Shown here piece after piece: positions 49,174-56,050 of a DNA stretch of 56,050 bases; positions within the stretch are counted from its first letter, which is position 1; every line of letters begins with the position of its first letter. This DNA comes from Gonapodya sp. JEL0774 (Eukaryota): NCBI GenBank assembly GCA_027604505.1, contig JADIIX010000032.1, positions 124,001-180,050 on the forward strand. Reading direction: 5' to 3'. Position numbers and translations under genes: made by a program. The notes under the pieces are model-generated. The model worked only from the letters and a program-made list of their open reading frames with translations, did no database searches and was not told the DNA's origin.

Positions 49174-51253
49174 TCAATTCACGTTGGGCACCAATGCAAT
49201 CACGGAAAACTCCGTCATATCCGGATCTCGGTCGATGAAGGCTTGTACCTCCTAGAAAAGCGAGATCAAGATAGAGGGGTTGTAGGTAGTAGTGTTGTGA
49301 GGAGGTTGGAAATGGCGGCGGGATGGGGGGTGGGATGAGTAGGAGAGAGCACCGGTGAACATTTTGAAAAGCACGTCGACCCCCACCGCAGCCTCTTTGC
49401 TCGAGCAATTTCCTCTCCAATCCACAAGCATATACAACCCACCTTTGCCGCCTTCTCCAGTAGTTCCTCCTCTTTGCAAGGGCCATGGTTTATGGGAAAA
49501 GGTTTGGCACCATCCTGAAGTGCGAGGAAGGAGAGCGCGGGGGGGTTGGGAGGGGAAGGTGGTGTAGGTTGCAAGGAGGAGGGGGCACCAGTGCGTGTGT
49601 CGGGGCAACAGGGGAAACACAAGAGAAGGAACCGGATCGTTCAGATTGCAACCTCCCGTAGCAGCACCCACACGCACCATTTCGTAAATGTGACCACCCT
49701 TGTAGACGAACGCGACGTAGTGAGGAAGAACTTCGGATTCCAGTGGGGGCGCCTTGTGGTGTGTGTGGGCGTTGGAAGGCGCGGTAGTGTAAAATACAGT
49801 ATGTCAGTGAGAGCAGGGGGGAGGTGATCTTAGAAATATCGGCCAGGCGTCGGACCACTCCCGGCTTGTTCGCCAGCCCCGCACCACACAACCCCCACGT
49901 GCTCGGTGTTCTCTCACCTCTGTCTGCCCCTCCCTCGCCATCCCCTCGTGTACCTGTTCCAACTCCTTGCACTGTTCGAGCACTTTGGCCCTCTCATCGG
50001 GGGACTTGCCCTCGCTCGAGCGGGAAATGTGAGCCAGGATGGAGTCTGGAGGAAGGGAGAGCGGGGTCGGGGTGTTGAGGAGGGAGTGGAGCATACCTTG
50101 GTACGGGAGCAGGGTATGTGGGGTGGTAGAGAGGAAACGGGTTGGTGGACAAGGAACAATAGGGCCCCGAGGGGTAGATTCCTTTCCCCGTGGCACCGGC
50201 TTGCAGGTTCTCATGCATGACGAAAAATGTTTAGGTAGCCCGCGCAATCTACAACTTTCCAAACCACCAGACTCAAGAATCATGTAGTCCGCTTCATCCA
50301 CGACCTTCAACATAGGCCGACACTCCAAACTCAACTTTAACTCACCGTACAACCCGCATGCGTTGTAAATGGTCTGTCGGGTGAAGTAAAGATCCGGATG
50401 GACTGTTTGGCCCGCGGCGAGGATTTGCGAGGTTTGCGACTCGGTGAAGGCGTGGTACTGGTGGTTGGGGTTGTGGGTGGGATGGACGTGAATGAAATGT
50501 GTGTGCACATGTGAATCCAAACTGGTGACCTCGTGCTCCCGACGAGCTGGAAGCCACAGGAAGTGGGCGATGAACACAACGCAACCATGTTATTCTCTCT
50601 TCCCTGCAATGATGTCCCACTGTGGGTCCCTTGTCGCGTCTCTGAGACGAAGGACCCGGGAAGAGGGGAACAGCGTGTAACGCACCTTTTCGGTTGTTGG
50701 GAAGAGCAAGATGACGGCTTGAACAGGTTGAGGGATGAAGGCCAGAGCGTCGTGGTCAAGGGACCAAACGTCAACAAAGTGGTAAAGATCGGTGTTGACG
50801 CCGATTTTGGCGGCGTACTTGTATTTGAAATTGGAAATTGGTGATTCGGGTTTGGGGAAGAGGAAGGCGCAGGCAGGACACGCGAGAAGCGCAGATCACA
50901 GGTTGCGACAGAGGAGCGGGGTGTTTTGAAACCCGAATTCGGAAATAGAACCAAAAAGAGCGAGAGACGTGAAATAAGAATTTAGAAACGTGGACGGCAG
51001 GACGGGGAAGGGAGAAGGTGCGGAAGCACCAACCGCGTACCGTGTTCATAACATCTGGATTGGATTCGAGAGCTAAACAAGCACGGGAAAGGGAAGAAAA
51101 GGGGAGAGATCAGAATATTGATACAGATATAAAAGCGGGGACGACGATGAGAAGAGAATGAAAGACGAATGAACGACGAAATGAGACGCGAAGCAATGGG
51201 CGGAAGGAAGTGGAGAAGGACGCACGCAGCCATCTGATTCTGTCATCGGACAT
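49174..51253 (-). CDS. YUH1: Ubiquitin C-terminal hydrolase (UCH-L3/Yuh1, peptidase C12), multi-exon
   Basis: Motifs RWLPLESNPDVMN, catalytic QTIYNACG, HFVAFVYKGGHIYEMDG, PFPINHG, FSVIAL. Stop 49174-49176. Confidence 0.93.
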
Positions 51254-52561
51254 GGTACTTCTGGTATCAAGGGTGGTTCAAAGTTTTATCCGTGTCGTTT
51301 CCAAGAAATTGGTTGGGTAGTTGGGAGAGTTAGACTGGAAAGTTGGTGACGGAAGCAGCTGATCACAGTGCTGTGGCCCAAATCCGGCCACCAATGCCCT
51401 CTGCTCCTACATCTCCTTCCTCAACCGCCTTGTCCAGGAGCTGCGTAACAAAGTAAGTGTATTTGTTCCCCGAGTCCCGGCTGTGGGCAGTCTCAAAGCG
51501 ATGCAGTGACAAGTACCTCCGTGTAGTGTGCCATTTGCTCGGATTCTGATGGCAAAAATAAGTCAATAAATTGCAAACAGTTTATACGTTATTGGAGAGT
51601 ACGGATTGAATAGGAGTTGGGTGTCCAGCTTTGTATGCAGCAGGCAGTGAATCCAGACGTAGCGTTCCAGTTCACACCGTCCGAGCTGACGTGAACCCTG
51701 AGTTGTGGACTCAAGCGCACACGGGACAGCCGAAAGCATTTTTTTCTGATATAATACTGTGCGGCCTTACCTGCCGAATGCCTGATTGAGAGGCTGTTTG
51801 GTGGTCCATGGAGCCACGGAGCTGCGCCGTGCAGGGGAAAATGGGCGTTCCTACCACATTTTCACACACACCCGTATCTCGTTCACATGAACGGCGCTTC
51901 AACACGTTTATTTTCGACTAGCTGGTGCACTTCTCTTTGCCATGTTCTCTCATGTTTGGTCCCGGTTGGCGTGTTCCGTTGACCATGCAGGTTAAACAAA
52001 TCAGAACCGCCCATGAAACTATACCCTCAAGTGGTGGACCGGCCCTGCTTGATTCCCCGTGAGCGCATCTGGAGGACGCAATTGAAGACCAAATTTGAAC
52101 TCAACCTTGCTGCTCTGGGATTCATGAGCGAGGTAGAAAAGAATAAATATTGCTGTGTGGGCAAGAGAGTCGCGGTGCCCACTGCCCGAAGGTGCGGAGT
52201 GTGGGCCGTGGGGTGGACTGGTGGTTAGAGAGGCGAGGTTGAGGACCAAGAGTGCACGGAGGTATCTCACTCAATTTTGCAGTTGAGTTTTGATGAGCTG
52301 GTAAGTTGGGACATGTGTACACAGATAAGAAGAGGATGGGGATCGGGGACAAGAGCACGATGGAAAGAAGGAAGAAGATTGCAAATAAAGCGAGGGAAAG
52401 AAAGAATGGATAAATTAGCGAGTGTACAAAGACAATGCAAATGAGAAGGAGAATGAGGGCCGAGGGGTCATGGAGCGGGTTGTGCTGTGGTCTGGCTGGT
52501 GGACTGTGCGTTCTGTGGGTGTGGTTGAGATTGTTGGGCGACAGCAACCTCGCACACGACC

Positions 52562-54724
52562 ATGACCCAGGGCAAGAACAAGGTGGAGACTGCGCAGTCA
52601 GCAGACCGGACACTGCTGTGCCACTGACCCGGGTTGATTCGCCTGTTGCCGCTTTCCCCTGCCTGCCCATATCGCCTGATCCCCTGCCACCACGCACCCA
52701 CCCACCCCATCCGACCCGACTCCACGTCCTCCCCGCCCACAGCGTCTGTCAAAGGGAAAGAAGGGAATCAAGAAGAAGGTGTACGTATTCGCTCTGCTCA
52801 CTTGCTCCTACTCTCGCTCCTTCCGATGGATGGATGTGGGCAAGGGGGGGTTCATTGGGAGTCAAGGAGACCTTGGGGAAAAACGGAAGGAAGGGCAAAC
52901 ACTTCGGATCCAATCACACCAAAAATCCCCCTTATTCACTTGGGACGTCTCTGCACCACCCGTTTTTCTCTCCTCTGGGTCCTTGTGGGGTCCCACTGCG
53001 GGATGATGCAGGTGGACGGGTCCGCGATAAACCTACACTCCCACACAAATCTACTTGGACCCGCACATGCAACCGGACTCGAATCCACGTCTGTCTGCAC
53101 GCTCTGTTTCTTGTCGGCCGCATCGGGACGGGTTGTGCCAAACGGGGGGGAGACCCCCTCACACACCCCCCTTGTGCTTCCCCATTCCATCTTCTCCCTT
53201 ACCTATTCCCTCCTTCTCCCCTCTGACCTCGTTTCTCTCTCCTCTCTCCTCCCCTCCCTTCCGATTCCCCCTAACCCCACTTCAACCCACCACACAGCGT
53301 CGACCCCTTCACCCGCAAGGACTGGTATGACCTCAAGGCCCCTTCCATGTTTGAGAACCGCCAGGTCGGAAAGACGCTCGTCAACAGGACCCAGGGTTTG
53401 AGTGAGTAGCAGAGCCGGAGGGGACCCGAGCAAAGGGTGGGAGAAGGGAGGAGGGATGGAGGGGGAGCGGAGTGAGAGAGTGCGCAACAAGGGACACAGG
53501 GAGGAGGCGAGCGCTGGTGTCAACCCAAGGCATGAGAGAGAGCTATTTGCGGTGGGGGGGTGTGGGTGTCGATTGCCGCATTTCCCTGGTGGTTTGTGCA
53601 ACCGCACAAGTCGTGTCTTTGACCATCTCGATTTCGGTTCCACACGACTCACCTCCCTTCCTTCCCCTTTTCCCTCTAACCCTCCCAGAAAATGCCAACG
53701 ACGCCCTCAAGGGCCGCATCGTCGAGATCTCTCTGGGCGACCTCCAAGGACCCCAGAACGAAGCCAACATGGACGACGCCTACCGCAAGTTCCGCCTCCG
53801 TGTCGACGAGGTCCAGGGCAAGAACTGTCTGACCAACTTCCACGGCATGGACTTTGCTAGCGATAAGTTGAGGAGTTTGGTCAGGAAGTGGCAGGTACGT
53901 CGGTTTGGGTCGGTGGTCGTGTGGCAGTGGTATAAGAGGACGTGGAAATGTCCGTTTTCGAGTTTGATTGAGGCGGAGGCGAGGCGAGGACAACGAAATC
54001 GTCGAGCCGTCCCTGGTATTGGGCTCCATCGCGTCCCCAGGACCTACCATTGTCGGTTGCCCCTCCGTCCCGTCCCCTTCCGATGCTGACCCTACCCCCC
54101 CTTTTCCCCTCCCCCCATTAGTCCCTCATCGAAGCCACCGTCGACGTCAAGACCACCGACGGGTACTTCCTCCGCGTCTTTGTGATCGGTTTCACCCGCC
54201 GCCGGCAAAACCAGCTTCGCAAGACCACGTACGCAAAGACGAGTCAGATCAAGGCCATTCGCAAGAAGATGTTTGAGATTGTTACCCGCGAGGGAAGTAA
54301 TTGTGAGATGAAGGAGTTGGTCGCGAAGTTGTGAGTAGAGGGGCGGAGCGCGGGGGACGGGGGATGGCGGGGTTGGCGGGGTTGGCGGGTGTGGGAACGC
54401 GGGACTCATTTATTCACCCCTCTCTCGCCGCTCTCCTCTTCCCCCCAACCCCTCGCTCGCCGCCCCGCTCCTCCCCCTACCAGCATCCCCGAATCCATTG
54501 GCAAGGAGATTGAAAAGAAGACCGAGTCCATCTTCCCTCTCCAAAACGTCTACATCCGCAAAGTCAAGGTGCTCAAGCAGCCCAAGTTCGATCTTGGCAA
54601 GCTGCTCGAACTCCACGGGGACGCGCCGGCGGTGCAGGCGCCCGTGGTCGGACAGGCCGCGGAGGGGAAGGCGGAGGGGGGGAAGAAGGCAGAGTTTAGG
54701 GATAAGGTGTATGAGTCGGTGTAG
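52562..54724 (+). CDS. RPS1: 40S ribosomal protein S1 / S3a (eS1), 6 exons
   Basis: [73 protein letters not shown]. Exons 52562-52582, 52743-52780, 53298-53401, 53689-53894, 54122-54330, 54484-54724. Confidence 0.98.
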
Positions 54725-55350
54725 AGGGGTGGGGAAGGGAGGGGAAGGTGGAGGGGGGGAAAGGGGATTGTGTGGGATGAGGGAGGGGAAGGGGAAGGGG
54801 AAGGGAGATGTGTAGGTAGAGGAACCACCATTGCGCACATACAGCATATTTGCCAAAAAACCAAGCCCAAGCATGACATGGGAGATGTGAGCACCGCGGA
54901 ACCGACTCTGTGGTGCGTTGTAGTGTCGTGGATGAAGGCGTCTGCGTGGGTAGGGAAGAGCTTTTGTGGGGATTGGGGTGCATGGATGCGTGTAAGTATC
55001 GTGTGTGGATTGTGGGGCAAAAGCAAAAGACCTCACAGTGCGCACGAGTCCGGCGAGCACGCGGTCGTACATCGTGTCCAAACGCCATTTCCATGTGCTT
55101 TCATGACGTGTCTGCGTACCCTCTCGTCTATACAGTCCTGAGATCGTGACCGGTTGTGGTAGTGGTCTCGTCATGTGCCCACAGGCCGAGCGCCACCGAA
55201 CGAGAAGAACCACACACACGACCGACCAAGACTTATCAGGCTGGAGGGGAAGTCGTCGGGGCAGGATCCAGCATCTCACGATTTGATTATGCAACACGTC
55301 GTCTATTCCGTATTGCTGCTATTAGCCTCTCATTACTGATACAAGGTATG

Positions 55351-55444
55351 GGCTAGCCTTTCGCCGCCAGTCCCCGTCCGATGACGAGACGAGGGCCGAC
55401 GTTTCCAGGGTGCGCGACGTGGACGCCGCTCGCCAAGGCACCCC
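55351..55444 (-). ncRNA. HDV-like self-cleaving ribozyme, copy C
   Basis: Minus strand: P1 GGGGTGC/GCACCCT, P2 GGCGAGC/GCTAGCC (one G-A mismatch), P3 GCG/CGC, L3 TCCACGT, GG for P1.1, P4 CGTCGG-C-CCTCGTCT/GGACGGGG-A-CTGGCG, and J4/2 GCGAAA (C at 55363). Confidence 0.82.
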
Positions 55445-56030
55445 GTCCTGCGGTTCCTCGGTCCTGCGAGTCCTCGGTCAGGTCACATGCCTTCCCTCTC
55501 CTCCCCTACTCCCCCCTCCGTCCCCCTGGGCGACATGCTCGACGCACGCAGTGGGGTTCGTCCGCCGACCCGAAGGTTTTTGCACAGAAACTCTTTTGAC
55601 GCGGGTCAAGCGCCTCTCGGGCACACGGGCCTCCGGACGATGAGGCCTGGTCATAGACCACTGTTCCCTCCGACGGGAATGGGGCCCAACTCCCCATACG
55701 AACGCCTAGTCCGGGAATCGTCTCATCTCCTGTCCTCCAGTTACTCCACTTCTGCGCTAATCGGTGACGCGTGGGCATGATGGGTAGGGGTGGGTCGGGA
55801 TCTGGTGGTTTGCAGCGGGTGCAAAATACGGATGCCTGATGAGACTCGTCGGACGAGCGGCCGCAGAGGAAGGCGAACGTAACTCGCACGTAAACAGTGC
55901 TTACGTTGGCCGGCCCTGTTGGATGTTTGAAGTCGGAATAGTTGGAAAGTGGTTTAGTTTGAAGGAGTTTTTGTGGGGGCGAAAACCTGTATAGGTTTTT
56001 GCCCGGCTCATGTGCCGCTGCGGTTCGAGG
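55351..56030 (-). repeat. Ribozyme-terminated dispersed unit C (putative spliced ncRNA gene)
   Basis: Collinear homology with 18279-18930. Putative GT-AG intron 55904-55836 at the same position as in unit A. Confidence 0.8.
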
Positions 56031-56050
56031 CCCCTGCACGCATCACCCAC

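Noticed and set aside
51363..52300. Possible small minus-strand gene (splice signals; NGTLHG-like peptide)
   Set aside because: No coherent reading frame could be assembled.
52781..53297. snoRNA in long RPS1 intron 2
   Set aside because: Only a degenerate GATGATGC, with no convincing C/D pair with terminal stem or H/ACA architecture.
55830..55885. CTGATGAG followed by a small hairpin, resembling a hammerhead core on the + strand
   Set aside because: No GAAA after stem II, no stem I/III closure, and not conserved in unit A. It is better explained as the antisense of the intron acceptor.
55506..56039. 177-aa minus ORF sharing PDP.PP, WR.GD and FPSEGTVVY with ORF 18521-18760
   Set aside because: Similarity simply follows nucleotide identity. 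Start, stop and frame are not conserved between copies and the ORF runs through the putative intron.

Overview
Intron-rich, gene-dense eukaryotic genomic DNA with short GT-AG introns. It most likely comes from an early-diverging zoosporic fungus (inference: fungal SHO1/Siz1/RPS1 occur together with the ciliary gene ARMC9). About 20 spliced housekeeping genes are recognisable: YeeE/YedE-like, LRRC57, METTL23-like, DPH1, NDUFAF4, NAPE-PLD, NTM1, ETF-alpha, SIZ1/PIAS, a nucleotidyltransferase, ARMC9, SHO1 plus an SH3-less paralog, UCH and RPS1/eS1. An accessory patch holds a secreted BBE-like FAD oxidase, an F-box gene and its decayed paralog, and a 21-bp minisatellite. The standout is a family of three HDV-like (nested double-pseudoknot) self-cleaving ribozyme candidates at 18279-18373 (-), 19264-19355 (+) and 55351-55444 (-). 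Their cores are near-invariant, while their P4 hairpins differ in sequence but still pair. Unlike retrotransposon-associated HDV-like ribozymes, homology here lies UPSTREAM of the cleavage site. Two copies terminate a ~550-bp, apparently non-coding unit with a position-conserved spliceosomal intron and a conserved pseudoknotted core, which suggests a spliced ncRNA family whose 3' end is made by a ribozyme. All gene models and folds were derived by eye, so exon boundaries are approximate.
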